Source: Ascoidea asiatica JCM 7603 | Lineage: Eukaryota; Fungi; Ascomycota | Length of the DNA stretch: 64,000 nt | Direction: 5' to 3' | NCBI GenBank assembly: GCA_001600695.1 | Contig: BCKQ01000006.1 | Coordinates: forward strand, 824,731-888,730 | In this document: piece after piece, positions 1-11,928 of the stretch | How the letters are laid out: every line of letters starts with the position of its first letter | Position numbering within the stretch: position 1 is the stretch's first letter | Made by a program: the position numbers and the translations under genes | Notes under the pieces: model-generated | The model's database searches: none | What the model was told of the DNA's origin: nothing | What the model saw: only the letters and a program-made list of their open reading frames with translations

Positions 1-533
1 TTATTACTTTTATCATTGTTATTGTTTTGATTTAAAAGATTATCAGGAATATCATTATAACCTTGATTTGGATAATTGTTTTGGTAATCTTGTTGATTAA
101 TTGATTGATTATTTGATTGAAAATAATTACCACTTGGAGGTTGTTGTTGAATATCTGGAATAGTTGAATCTGGAATTTGTTCATAATTTTGATTAGATTG
201 GCTATTAGTATTATGATTATTAAAAGAAGAAGTAATATTATTAATTCTTGAAACTAAAGAATTTGGAGGATCAAAATTTCCTGGAAATTGAATATTACTA
301 ATATTTTGATTTTCTAAATCATTTTCTGAATTTGAAAAATCAGAAGTTTTATAAATAAACCAAATTGAATGTAAAATTGCAATAAAATATAAACCAATTA
401 AACATAAAAATACATTTATTAATAAATGTTTATTCCAAATTGAATTATTAATTCTAACAAATATTACAATTGGAGGCAAAAAAAAGGATAATAAATATAA
501 TGGAAGATCTTGATTTTTATAATGAGGAGACAT
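1..533 (-). CDS. Pmp3/Sna (UPF0057) family small membrane protein with long hydrophilic C-terminal tail; 3' end lies outside the window
   Basis: Manual translation from ATG 533: MSPHYKNQDLPLYLLSFFLPPIVIFVRINNSIWNKHLLINVFLCLIGLYFIAILHSIWFIYK..., showing the FLPP..V / L.N..L.L.G....I.H pattern. Frame is open to the window edge; not in the ORF track. Confidence 0.8.
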   Translation of the reverse strand, partial: MSPHYKNQDLPLYLLSFFLPPIVIFVRINNSIWNKHLLINVFLCLIGLYFIAILHSIWFIYKTSDFSNSENDLENQNISNIQFPGNFDPPNSLVSRINNITSSFNNHNTNSQSNQNYEQIPDSTIPDIQQQPPSGNYFQSNNQSINQQDYQNNYPNQGYNDIPDNLLNQNNNNDKSN

Positions 534-1532
534 CTTTTTAAGTAAGATTATTGTAACCGCAATGAATAGATAAAATATCATGAAATAAGGTACCTAGAAA
601 GAAATATAAATGTAGTTCAACTTAACTGATTAATTGAAGTAAGAGATTATTAGAATATAATTGAATTTATATAATTGTTTAGGATTATTTGTATTTATAT
701 TTATACTCTTAATAGTTATTTATTTATTACATTTATTCTTCTATTGTAGTCTCTCAGAATTGAATGTATTAAAAACATTGACGAGATAAATATCACCATC
801 TGCACAGTGTGTGTAGTAACTGCACTAATGATACTGCGCAAAGACATGTCACTAAGGAGCACCACCTCCAGCACCGCCGCACCACCGCACCGCCACAGAA
901 GTGCCTTTATGTGACCGGTTTGTGATCCGTCTTTTGTTTATTATTCCGTGGACCAGTCTCCGCATGGCATCCGGTAGGCCTTCTTCATCGGTTTGCCGTC
1001 GGATTTGCAAAAAAGACACCATTTGTGTGGGTCGCCTTCTTATATGGAATTACCTACCATTTTGGGTCTGATAATAGGTATTCCGGATAGCACAGATCCG
1101 GTATCTCTTGCTTTTCTGGAATTCTGAGCTTTCTGTTTGTGATTGTGATGATTGTGGTGGTTTTGGTGAGTGAATAGATTTTTCAGGTCATTTTTCTGTT
1201 TGTTCAGCAAAATCATCTTCTTCTACTTCTTTTCCTTCTTCTCTTTTTTTTGTTTCCCCATTTGCAGTCTTTCTCTTCAACTATTCATATAATTATTGTT
1301 CTGGTTATTCTGTTACCGATTCCCTTTCTATTGTTTTCCTTATTACTCCCACATGTTCAAACTACCGGTACTAAATTAACCTAAATTTATCCAGAGCTTT
1401 ATTTATATTAAACGAAATTATTCTATTCAGGTTTTTATATATTTCAAACATTTTCATCTAATTCTTTTTATCTATTTTTTTGTCCTCTCATTTTCATTAT
1501 CATAAAACTTATTTAAATATCATATAAAAAAC

Positions 1533-3323
1533 ATGTCTTCAAATTCAATTGATGAAACTTCTCCTCTTTTAGCAGTTCCAAAAACAAATAATAATATACA
1601 AAATAACTTAAATGACAATATAAGTGATAACAATAACATTAATAGTACTAATGATGATGACGATGATATAAACTGTAATCCAACAACTTTAAAAGAAATA
1701 CTAGGTTGGTGTCTTTATGGATGGGCTGCTGAACCATTTATTGTAAGTGCTGTTGCAACTTATGTACCTCTATTACTTGAACAATTTGCAAGAGATAATG
1801 GTGTTTTATCAAATAATCATCTGATAAAGTGTAATAATGATAATAATCCTGATCCAAATCCTATTCCATTTCCTCCAATTGATAATAATAATCTATTCCA
1901 AGTAAATAGTTCTCAACAATGTGTTATAAAAATTTTTAATCATTATATCGATACTTCTTCATTTCCACTTTATACATTTTCATTCTCAGTATTCATACAA
2001 ACTTTAACAGTAATTTCAATAACTGGATTTGCTGATAAAGGTAATCATAAAAAATTCTTATTAGTTTTAAATGGTTTCATAGGCTCAATTTCAACAATTT
2101 TATTTTATTTCCTAAACTCAAAACATTTTTTTTTACCTGCATTTTATTGTATTATTGCAAATTCTTCTTTTGGCGTTGTTAATGTTTGTGGTAATTCAAT
2201 TTTACCAATTTTAGTTTCAAATTATAAATCAATTTTAAATTTAAATAAACATTTAAATAATTTTAGTTTATATAATAATTTATCTTTTAAACAAAGAATT
2301 AAGCTTGAAGAAAATTTGATTTTGGAAAAAGGTTTAGTTTCTTCTAAAATTTCTGGTTTGGGTAATGGTTTAGGTTATCTTGCTGCTTTTATTGTACAAT
2401 TGATTACAATATATATTGTTATACAGTCAAAGTCAAACACAAATTCAAACTCAATCTTCAATTCAATATCTAATTCAAATTCAACCCCAATACAAAATGC
2501 TCTATTATTTATTGGTTTATGGTGGTTTGTTTTTCAATTTCCAATAATTTTCTTATTAAAAGCAAGAAATTCTTCAATTAATGAACCTAATAATTCAAAT
2601 AATAATAAAAAAGAAAAGATTTCTGATTATGTTTTACTTGGTTGGAAAAATTTATTTAATACTTTTAAAAAAATTAAGTACTTAAAAGATGTTTGTATTT
2701 TTTTAATAGGTTGGTTCATAACAAGTGATTCAATTACAACTATAAATTCTGCAGCTATTTTATTTTCAAAAACTGAGTTGAATATGAAAACTCCGGAATT
2801 AGCTATAATTGGTATGCTTGCAATATTTTCTGCAATTTTTGCAACTATTTTAGTACCTAATGTTATTCAACCTTATTTCAATTTAAATTTAAAAAAAACT
2901 TTATTATTAATTATAATTTGGTCTTCTGTTATACCTTTTTATGGAATTTTAGGTTTTTATTTTAATAAATTTGGTTTACAACATAAAAGTGAAATGTATT
3001 TATTAGCTATATGGTATGGAATTTCTCTTGGAGGTTTATCAACTGTTTCAAGATCTTTATATTCTTTATTAATTCCTAGAGGTAAAGAATCTTTATTTTT
3101 TGCTTTATTTGCTGTAACTGATAAAGGTAGTTCTATTATTGGTCCTCTTTTAAGTGGTTTAATTACTGATAAAACTCATAATATAAGATATTGCTTTTGG
3201 TTATTATGGATTTTATTAATTATTAGTTTACCTATATTTAATATGTTAAATCTTGAAAGAGGTAAAAGAGAAGCATCGGAGTTTGAGGATGAAGAACTCA
3301 TTCATGAAGAAACTGATAACTAA
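1533..3323 (+). CDS. ATG22: Vacuolar amino-acid efflux transporter Atg22 (MFS)
   Basis: GWCLYGWAAEPFIVSAVATYVPLLLEQFARDNG, GWFITSDSITTINSAAILF, TDKGSSIIGP motifs; multi-TM. Confidence 0.95.
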   Translation: MSSNSIDETSPLLAVPKTNNNIQNNLNDNISDNNNINSTNDDDDDINCNPTTLKEILGWCLYGWAAEPFIVSAVATYVPLLLEQFARDNGVLSNNHLIKCNNDNNPDPNPIPFPPIDNNNLFQVNSSQQCVIKIFNHYIDTSSFPLYTFSFSVFIQTLTVISITGFADKGNHKKFLLVLNGFIGSISTILFYFLNSKHFFLPAFYCIIANSSFGVVNVCGNSILPILVSNYKSILNLNKHLNNFSLYNNLSFKQRIKLEENLILEKGLVSSKISGLGNGLGYLAAFIVQLITIYIVIQSKSNTNSNSIFNSISNSNSTPIQNALLFIGLWWFVFQFPIIFLLKARNSSINEPNNSNNNKKEKISDYVLLGWKNLFNTFKKIKYLKDVCIFLIGWFITSDSITTINSAAILFSKTELNMKTPELAIIGMLAIFSAIFATILVPNVIQPYFNLNLKKTLLLIIIWSSVIPFYGILGFYFNKFGLQHKSEMYLLAIWYGISLGGLSTVSRSLYSLLIPRGKESLFFALFAVTDKGSSIIGPLLSGLITDKTHNIRYCFWLLWILLIISLPIFNMLNLERGKREASEFEDEELIHEETDN

Positions 3324-3787
3324 TTTTATAAACAAAAAATAAAAATAATATAAACAAAAATAAATCTTAAAATTAACATTTGAAAATTTCTATTATTGTC
3401 TTTTCTATTAAACCAATTTTATAAGATTTGTAGAACTACAGATAACAATAGTATTTGAAAAACTTCAAAGTTTACAAAACACAAATAAAACTTAAAGTAT
3501 TTATTTTAATCTCTTTAGAAGCTTTAGGTATCATTTTTAAAATTTTACTATAAAATTGAAGAATCTCTTTTTATTGAGAACTGTATTATTGGAAACTATT
3601 TAATATATAACCAAAAAAGAACTAATAAAAATATGATTAGAAATTTAATAAAAGATGAAATGCGAAATAAATTATAGTGCACAAATAACTTAGAATTGAA
3701 AGTTTGAGGGGTAAATGATGAGAAAAGATAAAAAGAAATATAATAATTAGAAAAATAATTTTGAAAAAATTTAAGTATTGAATATAC

Positions 3788-5437
3788 TTAAACCATCCAT
3801 TGCCAGACTTTTTCAAATACATTCTTTGGAACTGGTATTACTGCAGCAGCAGATTCAGCTTCAATTTTATCTAAACCTGAAATAACATCAATTTCTTCAA
3901 CTGGAATACAAAGTCTTGTTCTGTAAATAACTTTGTGACCTAAATATAAGAGGAAAAAGATTGGTAAAGTAATATAAGCTGCAACGAAATCAGAACCATT
4001 AAAATCAAAGAAGACTGCATAACCATTAGTAATAGAAACAAGACCAATAAAACCAATCATAAAATAAGTACTGTATGGTTGTAATGGAGTTCTAAAAGTA
4101 CATCTATCCCATAAATCATTGTAAAACATTGCTTTTCTCCATCTTAAATAAGTAATACCAATAATAATCCAACCAATAAAACCGGAAATGGTACAAATAT
4201 TTGAAAACCAAGTGAAAACATCTGCAGATGAAGATGAAACATTTAAGTAAGCAATACAACTAATTAAAGAAGAAAGACCAACAGAATAGTATGGAACACC
4301 CCATCTATTACATTTGGCAAAAAGTTTTGGAGCTAAACCTTCATTGGCTAAACCCATTAAATTTCTTGAAGAAGCATAAAGATAAGAATTACCAGAACTC
4401 CATGCAGATGTTAAAATAACAGCATTTACAATATGATTTAAAACTTTAATACCAGCATTTTGAATACCGATAACAAATGGAGAAGCAGCGGCACCTCCTG
4501 AACCATTATTAATAGCACTTAATAATCTATCATCATTATAACCTACAATAACACCAATAATAATTGAACCACAAACGTAAAAGAAAATAATTCTGTAAAC
4601 GAATCTATTAGTTGCTTTAGCAAGATTTCTTCTTGGATTTTCAGTTTCACCAGCTGCAGTTGTAATTAATTCAGGACCTAAAATAAATGCAAAACCAGAT
4701 TTAATTACAGAAGTCCAAACAGCTAAAAATTTACCAGTATTACCAGAAACTAAATGTTCATTAAATGCACCAGGATTTTTCCAGAAATGGAAACCTTGAA
4801 CACCATGTTGAGCAGGAGCACCACCGAAGAAAATAACAATACCAGTTATAATTAAACCAATAATACAAATAATTTTAAGAGATGCAAACCAAAATTCAGT
4901 TTCACCATAAAATTGAACAGGTAAGAAATTTAATAAAGTTACAACAATTAAAAGAACTGTGATCCAAACAGCAATATTAACATCATCAATCCAATAATTT
5001 ATAACAATACCACCAGCACAAAGTTCCGTAGGAACTAAAATAACATAAGCATAATAATAATTCCAACCACAAGCAAAACCAAGAGATTCATCGACATATC
5101 TTGTAACAAATTGAGAAATAGAAACACCACGAAGACACATAAAACAAGTCATTTCACCTAATGCATTCATAACAAAATATATAATAAAAGATAATATTAA
5201 ATAACCAGTTAATAAAGCAGCTGGACCACCAGCTACAAGAGCAGTACCAGAACCGATAAATAAACCAGTACCAATACAACCACCTAAAGCAATAAGTTGA
5301 ACATGTCTTGATTTTAAACCTCTTTTAACACCGGCTTCATGAATACCACCACCTATTGATACTTCATCACCTTGAAGAACATCAACAACTGGTTGTTTTT
5401 CCATATCTTTGGAACTATTTATTGAATTTGAAGACAT
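3788..5437 (-). CDS. PUT4: Proline-specific amino acid permease (APC/YAT family)
   Basis: LKSRHVQLIALGG.IGTGL, AFILGPEL, SPFVIGIQNAGIKVL, AYLNVSSSSADVF.WFSNI are Put4-diagnostic. Confidence 0.9.
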   Translation of the reverse strand: MSSNSINSSKDMEKQPVVDVLQGDEVSIGGGIHEAGVKRGLKSRHVQLIALGGCIGTGLFIGSGTALVAGGPAALLTGYLILSFIIYFVMNALGEMTCFMCLRGVSISQFVTRYVDESLGFACGWNYYYAYVILVPTELCAGGIVINYWIDDVNIAVWITVLLIVVTLLNFLPVQFYGETEFWFASLKIICIIGLIITGIVIFFGGAPAQHGVQGFHFWKNPGAFNEHLVSGNTGKFLAVWTSVIKSGFAFILGPELITTAAGETENPRRNLAKATNRFVYRIIFFYVCGSIIIGVIVGYNDDRLLSAINNGSGGAAASPFVIGIQNAGIKVLNHIVNAVILTSAWSSGNSYLYASSRNLMGLANEGLAPKLFAKCNRWGVPYYSVGLSSLISCIAYLNVSSSSADVFTWFSNICTISGFIGWIIIGITYLRWRKAMFYNDLWDRCTFRTPLQPYSTYFMIGFIGLVSITNGYAVFFDFNGSDFVAAYITLPIFFLLYLGHKVIYRTRLCIPVEEIDVISGLDKIEAESAAAVIPVPKNVFEKVWQWMV

Positions 5438-5519
5438 TTTTTTCTTCTTTTATTATTCTTTTATTTTCCTTTTTCTTTTTTTATTCAATGGAACTTTTTA
5501 ATAATTAATTAATGATTAT

Positions 5520-6325
5520 ATTAGATAATCTCTATATTGGGATAATAATTATAAATATTTGATAGAAATATAAATATTAATATAATTATAGATATAGATA
5601 TAAATAATAATGAATATGATAATGGATGAATTAAGAAATAAATATTAGAATAATAAAATAACAATTATAAAAATAAAAAAGAAGAAGAATTCGAAGAATA
5701 TAAATAGTGATGAGCAATGGAATTATGATTTCATTTATTGATCGTTTCAGTAAGTGAATAATTAGATAGATAGATAAATGGATAATGATAGATAGATAGA
5801 TAAAAGAAGATTAAGTTTATAGTACATTATTGTAAATAAGTAATAGAGCTGAATAATTTTCTTTTTCTTTTGAATGCATAGTAAGTTAGTATTAACTCTG
5901 TATTAAGTTAATAGTTAATAGTTAAAATTGAAAAATTTTGTAAAGATTATGAAATTATTTCTTTATCTCAGGTTAATGAAAGTCTTGCGTAGGCGTTTTT
6001 TGTTTCTTTTGCTTTGAATTAACTGAATTGAGTAAACAAAATTGATTTTTAAGTTTGGAGAAGAAAATTATTTTTTTTTTTCAAAATCATTATCTGAGAA
6101 CCTTATTTGGCAGGGAGTAACAATTGCTATGGTTACAAGAAGTTCCCTGTAAATTTGAGATTTTATGAGGTATTTATGCGGCTTTTCCCTGATAGCCAGA
6201 TATCGTTAACATTGGTGTTATATCACTATGGAGATGTGGATTATCTGCTATGTTTTCTATGTCTGGAAGAGAACAGGGAATAGGGAACACAAAGAACAAA
6301 GATCAGTCAAAAGGAAGTTATCATT
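5520..6325. promoter_or_regulatory. GATA/GATAA-rich region upstream of PUT4 (candidate NCR elements)
   Basis: (GATA)n tract with GATAA at ~5763-5805 and several TTATC sites further upstream; PUT4 is a known NCR target. AT-richness inflates chance matches. Confidence 0.4.
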
Positions 6326-6334
6326 TGTTTTCTG

Positions 6335-6358
6335 AAATACAGTAGTACTACTGTATTT
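6335..6358. repeat. Perfect 24-bp palindrome AAATACAGTAGTACTACTGTATTT
   Basis: Read directly from sequence. Confidence 0.9.
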
Positions 6359-6949
6359 ATTACTGGTGACTTTAACAGCTTTTTAGAATTCTTCTGATTT
6401 TAGAAGTTGAATATATTGCTGGATTAAAAGGCTTGGTGATACTCTGACAAGCTTGTCAATTAGCAAGCTTGTCTTGGGCTTGCTTTGAGCTTGTCTTAGC
6501 GAGGCCGGAATAAAGTTTTTAGTGCGGACCCAAAAAATAGACACGCAGGATCCTGCAGCTTGGTTTCTACTAGCGGCGACCTGCAGAACCTTAATTTACA
6601 TGCCCTATTTTCAGAAACTGTGCCCTAGTGAGTTGATATTACTTTATAGTGACAATAAAATCAATATTATTAATAAATATATTTATATTTCTAATGGAAT
6701 ATATTGTTATTAAATTCATAAATTTTTGAAATGAATAATAAAAGAGAAAATTAAGTTATTGGATAGTGGAGAAAAAAGAAGAAAATATTTAGATTATCAA
6801 ATACGAGAAAGAAATTAATTGCCTTTTTGCTTTTTTGATCTGTATTTAAATTTTTAATTGAATTTAAAATTTTAGAAACATAGCAACATAAAAATCAAAC
6901 AATTTAACAATTTAACAATATGATGATGACCTCAATTTAGAATAATATT

Positions 6950-8153
6950 GAATAAATTATCAAAGTATTTTGTCATTCCTCCATTGATTCAAAATGACAG
7001 TGACATAAATGTTATAACTGATTGAATTTTAAAGGAAAACAGACCACAAAATAATATTATTGAAATGGAATATTACTCAATTAATAATTACGATTAAACG
7101 GTATTCGAATTCCTAGATCTAAATCAGCTAAGGTTTCACTAATAATATTTTTTTTTTCAACCTATTATTATTCATAATATTTTTTGAAAAACTCCTTTGA
7201 TTTTTAGTAATTAGATTTCCGGAAGTTTGAAAATATTATATTTTTTTTCAATTCTATCTAAGTTATAAACAATTATCAAACTGCAGGGTTCTAGCTAATA
7301 TTTTTTTATGTTTAATTCTTTTTAACCCAAAATAAAAATTGCAAAAAACGCATAACCAAAAAAGGAAATTTTCAATAAGAAATTTTCTATATTAGTTTTT
7401 TTAAATATTTTCAAATAACATTCATGATATTCATAAAAAGATCATCTTCAGATATTCTAGAAAACTTGTAAGTCAAAGAACCGTATATGAGCTCAAATTA
7501 ATTAGTTATCTTGCAATTAAAGCCTTAAATTTACTTCGAGTTAATAAAATTTATACCCGGGGTTCGCAATCCGTTCAAAATTAGGCTAGCAAAAAGCTAG
7601 CAGAAACATTTATTTATCAAAGGACGTTACTCTAAGTCAATCTTCTCTTGAATTTTTACCAGGATTTCTTTTTGGGATATCAATAAATGCACCTTTATTT
7701 TAAAATTGCTTGATATGACAATAAAGAAGCTTCCTTCAATTGCTTATTAAAAAGCAAACTGAGAAGTATTTTTTATGAAATAAGAAGTTGCTTTAATATT
7801 TATTATAGGGCTCTAAAAAAGCTCTAGCTCAGGGCTCTTACAGGTTTATATTCGAAGTTGAACAATTCAAAATATGCGCAACTTCGGTGATTTGGAACAA
7901 TTCAAGCCGTGGATTCTCACACCTCCACCGCCATGGAAGGCAGGTTCTGAAGCAGGAAATTACTTTTAACAGCACATTTTTTACGTTACCCGCAACAAAG
8001 CCGTTGAAAAAAATATTATTAGAGGTATAAATATGTATGTACACTGATTTTTTCTGTTTTCTAAACTTATTTGTGGGTATTGCCCAAGAAGTTGCGGGAG
8101 GCTTCTGAATTGGCTGTACAGATCAAGATATTGCAAATGATGATGATTCGTAA
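6950..8153 (+). pseudogene. Decayed ORF of unknown family
   Basis: Coding-like runs (HDIHKKIIFRYSRKLVSQRTVYELKLISYLAIKALNLLRVNKIYTRG; NFGDLEQFKPWILTPPPPWKAGSEAGNYF*QHIFYVTRNKAVEKNIIRG) separated by isolated stops and frameshifts. Confidence 0.4.
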
Positions 8154-8588
8154 TTATATTCCATATAATTAAGAATCAGCTAAAATAAGTAAACAATATT
8201 TAAAAATAAAAGTAAATGTGTATTTGAGACGTAAATTAAAAGCAAAAACTATGTAGTAGGTTTTTGAATAAAATCTTCCCTCAGAAAGAAAAGAAAAACT
8301 TGAAATTTTTTAGAAGAAAATTTTAAGCTACTTATAGTAAATAAAAAAAACTGAAAAGACAGTAAGGATAAAATAAAAAATTGTAAAGACGGAAATGTGT
8401 GAGTCGAAATAAGAACAAAGTATAACTTTTGATAAAAAATAAAATTGCATGTTCTTGCAGAAAGTAAAAAGTAACTTGAAAAAAAATAATATTAGAAAAA
8501 ATGCAGGACTGCATTTTTGGTTAGTAAAAAAATATTTAAGAAAACAAATTTAATTTTTAATTGTTTTATTTAACTTGAAATATTTATA

Positions 8589-11222
8589 TTAAATCTTGCA
8601 CAATTCTCTTGGAATGTTAAAAAATAATTTTATAGCTTTTTCTCTAGATTGATCTTGATTAGTTGATCGATGTCAGTGAAAAAACAATTGCATAACTGCT
8701 GAAAATGCTTTTGAAGGTACAACTAATTTCCAAGATTCACGATGGTATTTATCATCAGGATTGCTGATATAATACAAAACCTTTATGGATCTGATAAAAC
8801 AACGAAGGAAAATGTCAAATTTCTTCTTGTTTCAATTTGTCATAAATGAGTTATATGTTTCATCTGATACCTTGCATGGTGCAATTGAAAATCAGGCATT
8901 GATTTTATTTGAAAGTGCTTTCATTTTGTATGAAACAAGATAAAGAAAAGCTTTATTATTTAAAATACATGCAGTAATACCTTTTATTCAAATTTTAAAT
9001 ACTTTTAAATAATTAATAGTTGGAGCATAGTTAGATTCATGCTCATATGAGAGACCATAAATCAGTGATAATATTTGATAATGAAAACCACACAGGATAA
9101 ACGGGATATTGATAGAATTATTATAATATTTGATCTTAAATTTGTTCTTTGATAATGGTTCTTCAATGTCATTTCTTGTCAGTTGAAGAATAACATCAAT
9201 ATTATCAGATTTATGTTGTGCATCATACACTCTGTACAATCGATATCCATTAACACCAACTAAAACACTATCTTCAATGTCATAATAGAACATCCACCCT
9301 AAATGTTTACAATTATTTGCAGATTTTCAAAAGATTTCAATCATTTGATCATATTTATAGTTGGCCTCTGATATGATTAATGAAATATTTCCATCATTTC
9401 TCAATTTATCCATTAACGGCATAAATTCAACTTTAATTGCTTTGAGAATTAATTTAGTTGATTTTAATTCAACTTTTACTACACCCTGAAGCATCTTGTT
9501 ATCTACAATTGTCCTACATCACTCATTTCTTCAACAGTATATCCAATATTTAAATGTTCCTTGTCTTTACAAACCTTTGTGTTGAAATCTGAAGAAATAA
9601 CTGGCTCACCAAAGTTTAACATAGATGGAATCTCATTATCTGAAATATCAATAATGTCCGTATCTTCCGCCCCAATGGTATCAGCACTATTTTTATTAAT
9701 TATTGAAATTTATAGGGCATAGAGTGAATCATGTTCAGGATTAGATAGAGGAAGAAACATAAGTTTTGGTTCAGGTTCAATTTCAAAATCGGAGGATAAA
9801 GAGTTACTATCTTGAGAGGTTGTAGACGTTGACATGTGTTTGATCAGAAATAATGAGGACAAAAATTTTGTTGTTGATCTTGAAATTTGCTTGTCAAGAA
9901 GTAATGCAGATGTAGAATTTGATGTTCATGTTAAACTTTGATGATTAGTGATACGTAATTTTAAGCATTAGTTGTAGAAGTATTAGCTTTAGTTGAAACA
10001 TTATTGATTGCATTAACAGTATCAGGAGTAGTGGGTGTAATTTGTGTTGAATGTGATTTATTTGAATTAGTTGACTTAAACATTGGATGAATTTGATGAT
10101 TTTGATGAACTAATTGTCTTAGATGATGTAGATGTATTAGATGATTTAGATGAATTAGCTGATTTAGATCAATTCCATGATTCAGAAGAATTAGTTGAGT
10201 TAGTTGAATTAATTATATTAGTTAACATTTTTGTTCTGATTGAATTAGTACAATTAGTAGTATTAGTTAAAATGACGTTATTAGTTGAGTTAGTTAAGTT
10301 AGTTAAGTTAGTTGAGTTAGCTGAGTTAGTTGTGTTATTTGATATTTTTAACAATTATTGAATGATATTAATTTATTTAATGGTTTAATTGATTTTTGGA
10401 TTGATTATTAAATTGTTTTGTTTGGTTTGTTTTATTTTTTTGTAAAAATTTTGCAGTGGATGCATATGTGGTAAATTTGAATTATATTGTTATGGAAATT
10501 GAATCACGGGATCTTTTGTTTTTTGGGGTTGGAAAAGGGAGGTCTGAAAGATCATGTTAGGGGTTAATTATTGACAACTCATAAACGAGAGTCAAATGGT
10601 TTAAGTATGGAACTTAAACCTGGAGCAGGTTCTGCTACAGTATTTGTGGCATTTGGAAGTAAATTAATTCCTAACTTTTAGCACTTGCTTTTTAAAGCTT
10701 ACTGAAAATCGTTAATGTTTTTCCGCTGACTTGATTATGGACCTGAGAAGAATAGGAAAGAATATAATTCTTCTTGATATTTATTAGCCAAAGAGACTCT
10801 TGAATTAGCGCTGGGCCTTGACACAATTTAGGCAATTGAATTATCTTTTTCTTGGCGTTTCTCGGACTGGAATAAAGCCCAGAATTATGGACTCACTTTC
10901 GCAATATAAAGTTGACTATACAGAATACTTTCCAGTATATCACTGTAAGATAAGAGGCTAACGGAAAATGCTATTACTTCTACTTATTCCACAAGTCTTG
11001 GCTACAAGAGGCATAAGTAATACCGTTGTATTCCCTTAGAAAACTGAATATTTTTCTCTTAATGCCGTTTAATAATTTTTTGTTTTTAACGACTTTGGAA
11101 AAAAAATTATTAGTCGAAAAACTCTTTCGATAATAATTCTTGAGTCAAGTAATGTTAGATTATGATAGGTTTGCTTTCCGAACTACTTTACGGTACGGTA
11201 CTGCTTTTACCTGAATTACCAT
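8589..11222 (-). pseudogene. Large decayed gene (~870 codons) with central Ser/Thr/Asn-rich linker; possibly mobile-element-derived
   Basis: Can be followed from ATG 11222 (MVIQVKAVPYRKVVRKANLS*...) through ~20 in-frame TAA/TGA stops and a few frameshifts to ...WKLVVPSKAFSAVMQLFFH*H...FNIPRELCKI*. Includes track ORFs 8988-9293 and 10169-10354. Confidence 0.65.
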
Positions 11223-11928
11223 ACCATAGATTTAAATTAATCTTCAGCGGTAAAATAAATGATTAGCTTATTGACATAAAAGGAAATACTTAAATATGGT
11301 AATTTTAAAAACAATAACAAAAAGTTTCGAGAATATTTTACGATCTCATCAAAAGATAAGTATTGAAAAAAAAGAGAATACACACTCATTAATTTAAGTA
11401 AGCGGCCATCCTTTAAATCAATGAATAATAGCCATTTAATTTAATCTTAAAGCTTAGTAGCCTTTCTTTTAAGAAACAGAATATGTAATTGATTCCGTAA
11501 AACTGAATATAGATTTTACTTAAATTATAATATTTGTTTTACTTTTTGTTTAATGCAAAATTTAATACCTTCGACTTTTAATTTTATTTTTTAGATTAAG
11601 TATAAAGCTAAGTTTATAAAGCTTACAATAATACTGAAAATTGAGTGAGCTTTCCTAATTGGGGGGACACACAAATCTTTAAACTAGTCATGTGATTTCT
11701 TTGACTCCAATATAATGGGTGTTTATGATATCAATTCTTGATTGTATCAAGCCTATTTACTTTTATTATTCATCTCTTATTTTATTTAAACCATAAAGAA
11801 GGTGATTAACCAATTTCAAAAAGAAAATAGGCAAATATTAGTTTCAGTGACTTTTATAAAAGATGATTCAAGTAAAGGAAAACTCAAAAAATTATCAATG
11901 AAACAATTGACCAATAAAAAATAGAAAA

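Noticed and set aside
10083-10361. Plus-strand 92-aa D/E/L/V-rich ORF
   Set aside because: Antisense shadow of the Ser/Thr/Asn linker of the minus-strand relic
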